Shown one piece after another: positions 28,008 to 35,228 of a stretch of 64,000 nucleotides of DNA. The notes below the pieces were generated by a model, which saw only the letters and a program-made list of their open reading frames with translations, made no database searches and was not told where the DNA came from. The position numbers were made by a program, and so were the translations under genes. Position 1 is the first letter of the stretch; the number at the start of each line of letters is the position of its first letter. Origin of the DNA: Candidatus Margulisiibacteriota bacterium. GTDB lineage: Bacteria; Desulfobacterota; Binatia; HRBIN30. The stretch covers positions 334-64,333 of the forward strand of contig DATKMS010000036.1 in NCBI GenBank assembly GCA_035541735.1, in the 5' to 3' direction.

Positions 28008-28979
28008 ATGATTGAGATCGACCACCTCAGCAAGCGCTTCGGCGCGACGCACGCGGTCAGGGACGTGTCTTTCCACGTCAAGCGCGGCGAGGTCATCGGG
28101 CTGCTGGGGCCGAACGGCTCCGGCAAGACGACGATCATGCGCGTGCTCACCGGTTTCTTCCCGCCGACCAGCGGCTCGGCGCGTGTCGCCGGCTATGATG
28201 CAGCGGAGCAATCGCTCGCGCTGCGTCGCAAGATCGGCTACCTGCCGGAAAGTGTGGTGCTCTACCCCGACATGCGAGTCCGGCGCTTCCTGCAGTTCTG
28301 CGCCGACGTCCGGGGCATGAGCGGCGCCCGCAAACGCGCCCGCATCGACAGCGTCATGCACGACTGCGGCTTGCAGGAAGTCGCCGGGCGCCTGATCGGT
28401 ACGCTGTCGAAGGGATACCGGCAGCGCGTCGGCCTGGCGCAGGCACTGCTGCACGAACCCGAAGTGCTCATCCTCGACGAGCCGACTGTCGGGCTCGATC
28501 CGCGGCAGATCATTGAGATCCGCGGCCTGGTACGCTCCCTGCGCGGGCGAACGACGGTGCTGCTCAGCACACACATCCTGCCCGAAGCGAGCATGACGTG
28601 CGAACGCGTAGTCATCATCGACCGCGGCAGCATTATCGCCGAAGACACCGCTGCAGCTCTGACGCGCCGGCTCGAAGGCAGCGACCGCAGCTTGGTGCGC
28701 GTCGAAGGCCCGGTCGATGCCGTGCGTGCGGCCCTCGCGGCCATAGCCGGCGTCGAGCGTGTCGAACCCGCCGAGGCCGCCGCCGGGGGCAGCGAGGGCG
28801 GCGTGTGTGCCTTCATCGCCCACTCCAACGCGGGCGAACCGGTGCGCAAGGCGATCGCCGCGGCCGTGGTCGGTCACGGCTGGGGCTTGGTCGAAGTGCG
28901 GCCATTGGCGCTGAGCCTCGAAGACCTGTTCGTGCGCCTGGTGACGGAAGAACAGGGTGCAGTGACCGGCGAGCAGTGA
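28008..28979 (+). CDS. ABC transporter ATP-binding protein (ABC-2/GldA-like)
   Basis: Start taken at ATG 28008. Walker A GPNGSGKTT, signature LSKGYRQRV, Walker B LILDEPTVGLD. Confidence 0.9.
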   Translation: MIEIDHLSKRFGATHAVRDVSFHVKRGEVIGLLGPNGSGKTTIMRVLTGFFPPTSGSARVAGYDAAEQSLALRRKIGYLPESVVLYPDMRVRRFLQFCADVRGMSGARKRARIDSVMHDCGLQEVAGRLIGTLSKGYRQRVGLAQALLHEPEVLILDEPTVGLDPRQIIEIRGLVRSLRGRTTVLLSTHILPEASMTCERVVIIDRGSIIAEDTAAALTRRLEGSDRSLVRVEGPVDAVRAALAAIAGVERVEPAEAAAGGSEGGVCAFIAHSNAGEPVRKAIAAAVVGHGWGLVEVRPLALSLEDLFVRLVTEEQGAVTGEQ

Positions 28980-29039
28980 TCCAGTGAGCAGTGATCAGTA
29001 ACCAGTAACCAGGGACCAGAAACTAGGGACCAGAGACCA
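28959..29039. repeat. heptad array, CAGTAAC family copy 2
   Basis: cagtgac cggcgag cagtgat ccagtgag cagtgat cagtaac cagtaac cagggac cagaaac tagggac cagagac. It starts inside the last codons of the ATPase gene and ends 8 nt before the permease GTG start. A 24-nt exact match (28996-29019) to 24812-24835 is present. Confidence 0.8.
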
Positions 29040-29046
29040 ACCTGCC

Positions 29047-29790
29047 GTGACCTTCCTGGCGCTGTTCCGCAAGGAGCTCCTGTCGTACGTCGTGTCGCCG
29101 TTGTTTTACGTGGTGGCGGCGGTGTTCTTGTGCCTGTCGGGGTACTACTTCTACACCGACCTGATCTTCTTCGTCACCTTCGGCTTCGGGATGAACATCC
29201 TGGAGAATTTCTGGCAGCTGTTGCTCGTCGACCTGCGGTTGGTGATGCTGCTCTCGATTCCACTCCTGAGCATGCGCCTGTTCGCCGAGGAAAAAAAGCT
29301 CGGCACCATTGAGCTGCTACTGACCTACCCGGTGCGCGACAGCGAGGTGTTCCTCGCCAAGTTTGCGGCGTGCGCCGTGGTCTTTGGCGTGATGCTGGCG
29401 GGTACGTTGCTCTATCCGATCTACGTGAACATCCTGCAGCCGTTCCCGTGGCTGCCGTTGTTGGCCGGCTACCTGGGTCTGTTCCTCCTCGGGCTCAGCT
29501 TCATCGCCTGCGGCGTCTTCGTGTCGTCGCTGACGGAAAGCCAGGTGGTCGCCGGCATGGCGACCATCGGCATCTTGCTGCTCTTCTGGATCATCACCTG
29601 GAACGAGGCGGCCACCAGCCCGCAGCTGCTGCGGGCGCTGATTCGCCTGTCGATGTTCGACCACTTTCAGACCTTCGCGCGCGGCGTCATCGATGCGCAA
29701 GACGTTGCCTACTTCCTGTCGTTCATCGGCTTCTTCGGTTTCTTGACGCTGCGCGTGCTCGAGTCGCGCAAATGGCGAGGGCGTCGATGA
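29047..29790 (+). CDS. ABC-2 type transporter permease (GldF-like)
   Basis: GTG start. 247 aa with ~6 hydrophobic segments. Positioned between the ABC ATPase and the GldG-like protein. Confidence 0.75.
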   Translation: MTFLALFRKELLSYVVSPLFYVVAAVFLCLSGYYFYTDLIFFVTFGFGMNILENFWQLLLVDLRLVMLLSIPLLSMRLFAEEKKLGTIELLLTYPVRDSEVFLAKFAACAVVFGVMLAGTLLYPIYVNILQPFPWLPLLAGYLGLFLLGLSFIACGVFVSSLTESQVVAGMATIGILLLFWIITWNEAATSPQLLRALIRLSMFDHFQTFARGVIDAQDVAYFLSFIGFFGFLTLRVLESRKWRGRR

Positions 29791-31190
29791 GCCCGCCGGT
29801 CCGCGCGCACGCGCCGTGGATGCAATGGGCGTTGCTGCTCACCGCGACGCTGGGCCTGGCGGCGACGCTGGCCATGATCCAGGTCATCCTGTCACACTAC
29901 ACCTGGCGGCTCGACCTCACCCCGGAGAAGCGTTTCACGCTGTCCGAGCATGCCCGCCAGGTGCTCAAGAATCTCGACCACGACGTGCACGTGATTGCCT
30001 TCCTGCGCTCGGACGATGCACGCAACTCGGAGATCGAGGACCTGCTGACGCGCGTGCGCAACGTCTCGCCGCGCGTGCAGTACAGCGTCGTCGACGTGAA
30101 TCGCAACCCCGCCGTGGCGCGACAATACGGCGTCGACAACTACGGCAGCCTGGTGGTGGAAAGCGACGGACGGCGCAAGGACTTCGCCAGTCCACGTGAG
30201 GACGTGCTGGTGGAAGCCATCCTGCAAGTCACCCGTCCGCACCGCAAGGTGGTCTACTTCCTCAGCGGCCACGGCGAGCCCGACATCGACAACACCGACC
30301 GGCGACTCGGCTACTCGGGTGTCCGTAACGCCCTGCAACGCGAGTTCTATGATGTGCGTTCGTTGAACCTGTTGGATGAGAACAGCGTACCGGACGATGC
30401 AACGGTGGTCGTCGTCGCCGGCCCACGGCGCGACCTGCTGACGTCGGAGCTGGCAAAGCTGGGCGACTACGTGCGGCGTGGCGGTGGGCTGTTGGTCATG
30501 CTTGATCCGCAAGCTGCCCCGAGTCTGGTGGCCTTCCTAGCGCGCTACGGCATCACGGTGGACAACGATGTGGTTGTGGATCCGGAGAACCGGCTGTTCG
30601 CCGGCGACTATCTCACCCTGATCGTTCCGGGCCTGTCCGCCCAGCACCCGGTCAGCGCCGGCCTCAAAGCACCACCCCTGTTCTCACAGGCGCGCACCGT
30701 GGGCTTTGCCGGGACGCCGGACGGCAACGTCAAGGGCATCGATTTTCTGCAAACTGCGAAGTCCGGTTGGAGCACCACGGACACAGAGGTGTTGCGCACC
30801 GGGGTGGCGTCCTTCGTCGGCGGACGCGACCGGGCGGGGCCGGTGCCGGTTGGCGTGAGCGTGCTGATCGACAATCGCCGCACCGGTGATGTCGGCCCCG
30901 GCAGCCCGGGCGTGGCCCGGGTGATCGTCCTCGGCGACTCCGACTTCGCCAACAACTTCTTCATCGACTACCTGGGCGACAAGGATTTGGTGGTCGACGC
31001 GATCAATTGGCTTGCCGGGCAGGAGGAACTGGTCGGTGCGCGGCCGCAGCTGCGTCAGCCCGGCGTCAACCAGTTCTTTGTCAGCGCTCGCCAAGGACGT
31101 CTCGCCTTCACCCTGGGTACCATTGTCGAGCCGGCGCTCTTCCTGGCGGTCGGAGCGGCCATTTTTTTGCGCCGGCGGTGGACGGGATGA
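29787..31190 (+). CDS. GldG-like ABC-transport auxiliary protein
   Basis: ATGA overlap with the permease stop; start at ATG 29787 (MSPPVRAHAPWMQWALLL...). N- and C-terminal TM anchors are present. RLDLTPEKRFTLSEHARQVLKNL and GDSDFANNFF patterns are typical of GldG-family proteins. Confidence 0.75.
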   Translation: MSPPVRAHAPWMQWALLLTATLGLAATLAMIQVILSHYTWRLDLTPEKRFTLSEHARQVLKNLDHDVHVIAFLRSDDARNSEIEDLLTRVRNVSPRVQYSVVDVNRNPAVARQYGVDNYGSLVVESDGRRKDFASPREDVLVEAILQVTRPHRKVVYFLSGHGEPDIDNTDRRLGYSGVRNALQREFYDVRSLNLLDENSVPDDATVVVVAGPRRDLLTSELAKLGDYVRRGGGLLVMLDPQAAPSLVAFLARYGITVDNDVVVDPENRLFAGDYLTLIVPGLSAQHPVSAGLKAPPLFSQARTVGFAGTPDGNVKGIDFLQTAKSGWSTTDTEVLRTGVASFVGGRDRAGPVPVGVSVLIDNRRTGDVGPGSPGVARVIVLGDSDFANNFFIDYLGDKDLVVDAINWLAGQEELVGARPQLRQPGVNQFFVSARQGRLAFTLGTIVEPALFLAVGAAIFLRRRWTG

Positions 31191-31254
31191 GAAAAAGACA
31201 GTCCAAAGTAACCACTCTGGCTTGGTGGCGCTGGATTGAACGGCCGCAAGCTGT

Positions 31255-31331
31255 CCTCTCCCGCGCGTCATCTCAGCGCGGGAGAGGGAAGGGTGAGGGT
31301 GCGTCTCCCGCGCGGAACAGATGCGCGGGAG
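31255..31331. repeat. twin TCTCCCGCGC hairpins
   Basis: cctctcccgcgc (31255-31266) pairs with gcgcgggagagg (31275-31286), 12 bp. tctcccgcgc (31304-31313) pairs with gcgcgggaga (31322-31331), 10 bp. This is two tandem copies of the same stem. Confidence 0.8.
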
Positions 31332-31400
31332 AGGGCAGCTCCCAAGGCTTTCATGAGCGCCGCGCTAGTGAGACTGAGGGCTTACTGCCAAAGACGGCAA

Positions 31401-31463
31401 GCTCAAAGCTGAAAGCCAGAGCGGCGTTCGAAGATCTCTGGCTTTCGGCTTTCAACTTTGAGC
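31401..31463. repeat. heptad-arm palindromic element (GAAAG/CTTTC units)
   Basis: gctcaaa gctgaaa gccagag ... tctggct ttcggct ttcaact ttgagc. The right arm carries one extra heptad. Confidence 0.75.
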
Positions 31464-31488
31464 TTTTCGCTGCGCCCATTGAGGCGCC

Positions 31489-32010
31489 ATGACCTGGCAG
31501 CGCGCGTTCACCTACTGGGCATGCTTTGGCGTGCTCGGCGTCTTCTATCTGCTGGTGCTGCGCGAGCCGCCGCGGCCGACGCCGGAACATTTGACGCGGG
31601 CGCCATTTCTCAGCCTCGCCGAGAACGAGATCGAGGCGCTGGACTTGCGCCGCGGCGCCACCACCATCCGTTGCCGCCGCGTCGACGGACGCTGGCAAGT
31701 CGTCGAGCCGGCGGCCCGCCAGGTGCCGTCCGACCTGGTGACGGCACTGATTGCCAACCTTACGCAGTTGCCCGAAGTTGAGGTGGTCGACGACGGCGGA
31801 GGTGACCTCGGGCAGTTCGGCCTCAACCCGCCGGTGTCGCAGATGACTCTCATCATGACGGGGGGCAAGGTGGTCCACCTGCGTCTCGGCAGCCGGAATC
31901 CGTCCGGAACGGCAATCTACGCGCAACGCGACGACAGCCGGCGCGTCTTCCTCATTGGCTTGAACGTCCGCTACTACGAAGACTTGCTCTTCCAGGGGGT
32001 GGGGGCGTGA
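31489..32010 (+). CDS. DUF4340-like protein (usual partner of GldG-type ABC systems)
   Basis: 173 aa with an N-terminal TM anchor. Its position directly after the GldG-like gene and the pattern LSLAENEIEALDLRRGATTIRCRRVDGRWQVVEP fit DUF4340. It is shorter than typical members. Confidence 0.5.
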   Translation: MTWQRAFTYWACFGVLGVFYLLVLREPPRPTPEHLTRAPFLSLAENEIEALDLRRGATTIRCRRVDGRWQVVEPAARQVPSDLVTALIANLTQLPEVEVVDDGGGDLGQFGLNPPVSQMTLIMTGGKVVHLRLGSRNPSGTAIYAQRDDSRRVFLIGLNVRYYEDLLFQGVGA

Positions 32011-32062
32011 GAGCGTGAAAGCGTTCACGCTCCTACACCCCGCGTCCCACCCTTCACTTTTT
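32011..32062 (+). terminator. terminator-like hairpin plus T-run
   Basis: gagcgtgaa-agcg-ttcacgctc (32011-32032). The stem is extended imperfectly by G-rich coding sequence upstream and C-rich ctacaccccgcgtcccaccc downstream, followed by cacttttttg (T6 at 32057-32062). Confidence 0.55.
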
Positions 32063-32151
32063 TGCCGCTGTCAACGCTTTCCGGTTGACGGATGGTTGAA
32101 CGGAGTGGTAGCGAAAAGACTACCCGAATCATCAATGGCTGAGAGGAGTGC

Positions 32152-34533
32152 ATGGCGCGACGGCTAGCAGGGATTACTCTCCGACTGTTTCCGATCTTGC
32201 TCTACGTGGCGTCAACAGCGGGCTGTGGGGGCGACGCCGCCTCGAACGTGTCGGTTCCCAAGGCTCAACCCTCTCCCGGACCTGCCGTCAACGGTACCGT
32301 GTCTTTGCCCAACGGCACTTTGGCAATGCGGGAGCGATCCGTGTTGCGGCGCTTCGCCGCGCTGGTGGTCGAGGAGGCCGAGGCGTTGGTCGCGACCAAC
32401 GTGAAGCCAGTGCCGCGCAACGTCCCCGTGCTCCTGACGTTGCAATACCCCAACGGTTCCTCCCAAACATATGATACGTTTTACACCAACGACCAGGGTG
32501 GCTACCTCCTCAATCTCCCAGCGGGAACCAGTGAGGACACGTGCCGTTTCATCGTGTCCGTCGGCAGTGGCTCCACGCTGACGCGCGCCTTTGTCTTCAG
32601 CACCGTCAAGCCGGTCAACATCGACTACATCAGCGAGACGGCGGTGACGCTCATCTTGGACCAGGTGCATCAAGGCGCCGACCTGTGCGAGTTCTCGGTC
32701 CGAGAAATCGAACAACTCGTCAACATGATCCGTGATCTGCCAGGCATCGTGACCGGCCCGGACATCTTCCAAACCAATCGCAACGCTCTGGTCGCTGCCT
32801 CGAGCAACCCTGACATCCAAGCCTTCGTGCGCGCCGCCGGCGGAGTGGCCACGCCAGTGCCCACGATTACACCGTTGCCGCCGACGGAGACGCCGACCGA
32901 AGGCACGCCGAGTGTCACGCCTACGGTGACCGTCACGAAAACGCGCGTTCCGACCAACACGCCGGTCAACACCGCAACCTTCACGGCGACGCGCACCAAC
33001 ACGCCGATCCCAACGCAAACCCCGACGCGCAGCCTCACGCCGACAGGGACCAAGCCGCCGCCGACCGCGACCGTGACCAACACCGCGACGCCGACGCGGA
33101 CCAATACCGCGACGCCAATCCCGACGACGACGGCGACGCCCACACGGACGAATACCGTGCCGCCGCCTCCGACGTCGACTCAGTCCCCTACGCCGACGGG
33201 CACCCTTGCACCGACGGCCACGTCAACCGCGACGCTGACGCCGACACAGGGCGGGCCGGTGCCGCACATTACCATCGGCGACGCCAGCGGGCCGGCGGGC
33301 AGTCAAGTGGTGGTGCCGATCTCGTTGGAGAAGAATGGGGTGACGGCGGCCAGCATCGCGCCGCTGATCATCGACATCGACACGGGCGTGTTGACGTTCG
33401 TGAGTTGCGCGAAGACGGCGGCGGTGACCAGCGGGCAGACGGTGGCGACCTCGATGCCGATGCCGGGACAGATCACCATCGTGCTGGCGGGGCTGGATCT
33501 GACGGTGCTGCCGGACGGGGAGATCATCGACTGTACGTTCACCATCAACGCGGCCGCAACGGGCAGTACGGCGGTGACCTTCGAGTCAGCGGCGGTGGGC
33601 GACGATCAGTTCAACAGCTTCGACGCGACCGGCACGAGCGGGACGGTGACCGTGGGGGTCGTGAACCCGCCGACGGCGACGCCAACGCCGACGCAGGGCG
33701 GGGCGGTGCCGGACATTACCATCGGCGATGCGAGTGGGCCGGCGGGTAGTCAGGTGGTGGTGCCGATCTCGCTGGAGAAGAATGGGGTGCGGGCGGCCAG
33801 CATCGCGCCGCTGATCATCGACATCGACACGGGCGTGTTGACGTTCGTGAGTTGCGCGAAGACGGCGGCGGTGACCAGCGGGCAGACGGTGGCGACCTCG
33901 ATGCCGACGCCGGGACAGATCACCATCGTGCTGGCGGGGCTGGATCTGACGGTGCTGCCGGACGGGGAGATCATCGACTGTACGTTCACCATCAACGCGG
34001 CCGCGACGGGCAGCACGGCGGTGACCTTCGAGTCGGCGGCCGTGGGTGACGACCAGTTCAACAGCTTCGATGCGAGCGGGACGAGCGGGACGGTGACCGT
34101 GGGCACCGCGAATCCGACGGTGCCGGACGTCACCATCGGCGACGCCAGCGGGCCGGCGGGCAGTCAGGTGGTGGTGCCGATCTCGCTGGAGAAGAATGGG
34201 GTGCGGGCGGCCAGCATCGCGCCGCTGGTGCTCGACATCGACACGGGCGTGTTGACGTTCGTGAGCTGCGCCAAGACGGCGGCGGTGACCAGCGGGCAGA
34301 CGGTGGCGACGTCGATGCCGATGCCGGGACAGATCACCATCGTGCTGGCGGGACTCGATCTGACGGTGCTGCCGGATGGAAACATCATCGACTGCACGTT
34401 CACCATCAACGCGGCCGCGACGGGCAGCACGGCGGTGACCTTCGAGTCGGCAGCGGTGGGTGACGATCAGTTCAACAGCTTCGACGCGAGCGGCACGAGC
34501 GGCACGGTGACGGTGGGGACGGGCGGTGCTTGA
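32152..34533 (+). CDS. lipoprotein scaffoldin-like protein: N-terminal domain, Thr/Pro linker, three tandem cohesin-like modules
   Basis: GAGAGGAG precedes ATG 32152. Lipobox LLYVASTAGC. A ~200-aa N-terminal region includes a prealbumin-like stretch (VPVLLTLQYPNGSSQTYDTFYTNDQGGYLLNLPAG), followed by a ~130-aa TP-rich linker. Three ~140-aa modules have cohesin-like pattern ITIGDASGPAGSQVVVPISLEKNG...IIDIDTGVLTFVSC...GQITIVLAG...PDGEIIDCTFTINAAATGSTAVTFES...GTSGTVTVG. Confidence 0.7.
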   Translation: MARRLAGITLRLFPILLYVASTAGCGGDAASNVSVPKAQPSPGPAVNGTVSLPNGTLAMRERSVLRRFAALVVEEAEALVATNVKPVPRNVPVLLTLQYPNGSSQTYDTFYTNDQGGYLLNLPAGTSEDTCRFIVSVGSGSTLTRAFVFSTVKPVNIDYISETAVTLILDQVHQGADLCEFSVREIEQLVNMIRDLPGIVTGPDIFQTNRNALVAASSNPDIQAFVRAAGGVATPVPTITPLPPTETPTEGTPSVTPTVTVTKTRVPTNTPVNTATFTATRTNTPIPTQTPTRSLTPTGTKPPPTATVTNTATPTRTNTATPIPTTTATPTRTNTVPPPPTSTQSPTPTGTLAPTATSTATLTPTQGGPVPHITIGDASGPAGSQVVVPISLEKNGVTAASIAPLIIDIDTGVLTFVSCAKTAAVTSGQTVATSMPMPGQITIVLAGLDLTVLPDGEIIDCTFTINAAATGSTAVTFESAAVGDDQFNSFDATGTSGTVTVGVVNPPTATPTPTQGGAVPDITIGDASGPAGSQVVVPISLEKNGVRAASIAPLIIDIDTGVLTFVSCAKTAAVTSGQTVATSMPTPGQITIVLAGLDLTVLPDGEIIDCTFTINAAATGSTAVTFESAAVGDDQFNSFDASGTSGTVTVGTANPTVPDVTIGDASGPAGSQVVVPISLEKNGVRAASIAPLVLDIDTGVLTFVSCAKTAAVTSGQTVATSMPMPGQITIVLAGLDLTVLPDGNIIDCTFTINAAATGSTAVTFESAAVGDDQFNSFDASGTSGTVTVGTGGA
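33244..34530 (+). repeat. three near-identical intragenic tandem repeats (cohesin-like modules)
   Basis: The ATCGGCGA landmark recurs at 33274, 33721 and 34135 (periods 447 and 414 nt). The copies differ by only a handful of substitutions and by the length of the inter-module linker. Confidence 0.9.
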
Positions 34534-34660
34534 TCGCAAAACCCCGCGGGCGCGTGTACGAGCGACGAACGCTCTTGACAATTGAGGCGCCCCGGCGCTG
34601 GTATGTGATACCTCAGTATCGAGCCACGTTAGAGTGGCTTGGTACCCGCGGAGTGAGAGC

Positions 34661-35206
34661 ATGAAGGATCGTCTCTATATCGCCATTGGCGCTGCTGCGG
34701 TAATCGTGGTGGCGACGCTCATCTGGTTGAGTAACCGCCACGACGTGCAACATGAAGTGCAGCGAGATGAGGCCGCTACTGCACCGGACAATCCGGAAGC
34801 ACGCGTGTTTGCGTTGCAGGCGGAGTCCACAGCCGACAAGAAGGTGCGGGTGACCATGCGCTCCTTGCCGACGTCGGGGCCAGTGGTGACCATCGTCACG
34901 CAGGTCGATTACGACACTGGCCGCCTTAAGATGAACACCTGTACGATCAGCCCCGACATCGGCGAAGGTACAGCCAGCGCCAAGGTCTTGCACCTGGCAG
35001 AGCCTCAACCGGGATTGGTGCGGGCGGTGGTGGTCGGGAAGCTCGAGGAGTTGCCGGCAGCGGCGAACGTCCTCGCTTGCGACTTTGCGGTGCAGCCCGG
35101 CGCACCAGCGGGGCCGACTGTTGTGCGCGTCCACGGACAGGTTGCCGACACAACATTTGAAGACCGGCCGTTCGCAGTCGAGAAGACGATTGTCATCAAG
35201 AACTAG
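34661..35206 (+). CDS. membrane-anchored single cohesin-like protein
   Basis: Start taken at ATG 34661 (MKDRLYIAIGAAAVIVVATLIWL, an N-terminal TM anchor). The C-terminal ~130 aa have a beta-rich cohesin-like pattern (KVRVTMRSLPTSGPVVTIVTQVDYDTGRLKMNTCTISP...VLACDFAVQPGAPAGPTVVRVHGQVADTTFEDRPFAVEKTIVI). Confidence 0.5.
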   Translation: MKDRLYIAIGAAAVIVVATLIWLSNRHDVQHEVQRDEAATAPDNPEARVFALQAESTADKKVRVTMRSLPTSGPVVTIVTQVDYDTGRLKMNTCTISPDIGEGTASAKVLHLAEPQPGLVRAVVVGKLEELPAAANVLACDFAVQPGAPAGPTVVRVHGQVADTTFEDRPFAVEKTIVIKN

Positions 35207-35228
35207 GCGCCAGGAGCGAGGAGAAGCC

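Noticed and set aside
29370-29786. N-terminal 139-aa extension of the GldG-like ORF overlapping the permease gene
   Set aside because: The extension is an Arg/His-rich out-of-frame read of the permease gene. An ATGA-coupled start at 29787 gives a normal TM-anchored N-terminus.
28008-31190. Interpreting gldA/F/G-like genes as evidence for gliding motility
   Set aside because: The ABC-2/GldG module is widespread in non-gliding bacteria, and no other gld/spr genes are in the window. The names are used only as family labels.
33244-34530. Possibility that the ~430-nt triple repeat is a mobile element or a DGR template/variable repeat pair
   Set aside because: The copies are in frame within one ORF and encode complete domains. 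No reverse transcriptase, transposase or adenine-biased mismatch pattern is seen.
33586-34662. 358-aa minus-strand ORF and several ~80-130-aa ORFs across the cohesin repeats
   Set aside because: Their internal repetition simply mirrors the + strand tandem repeats. The Arg/His-rich translations are not protein-like.
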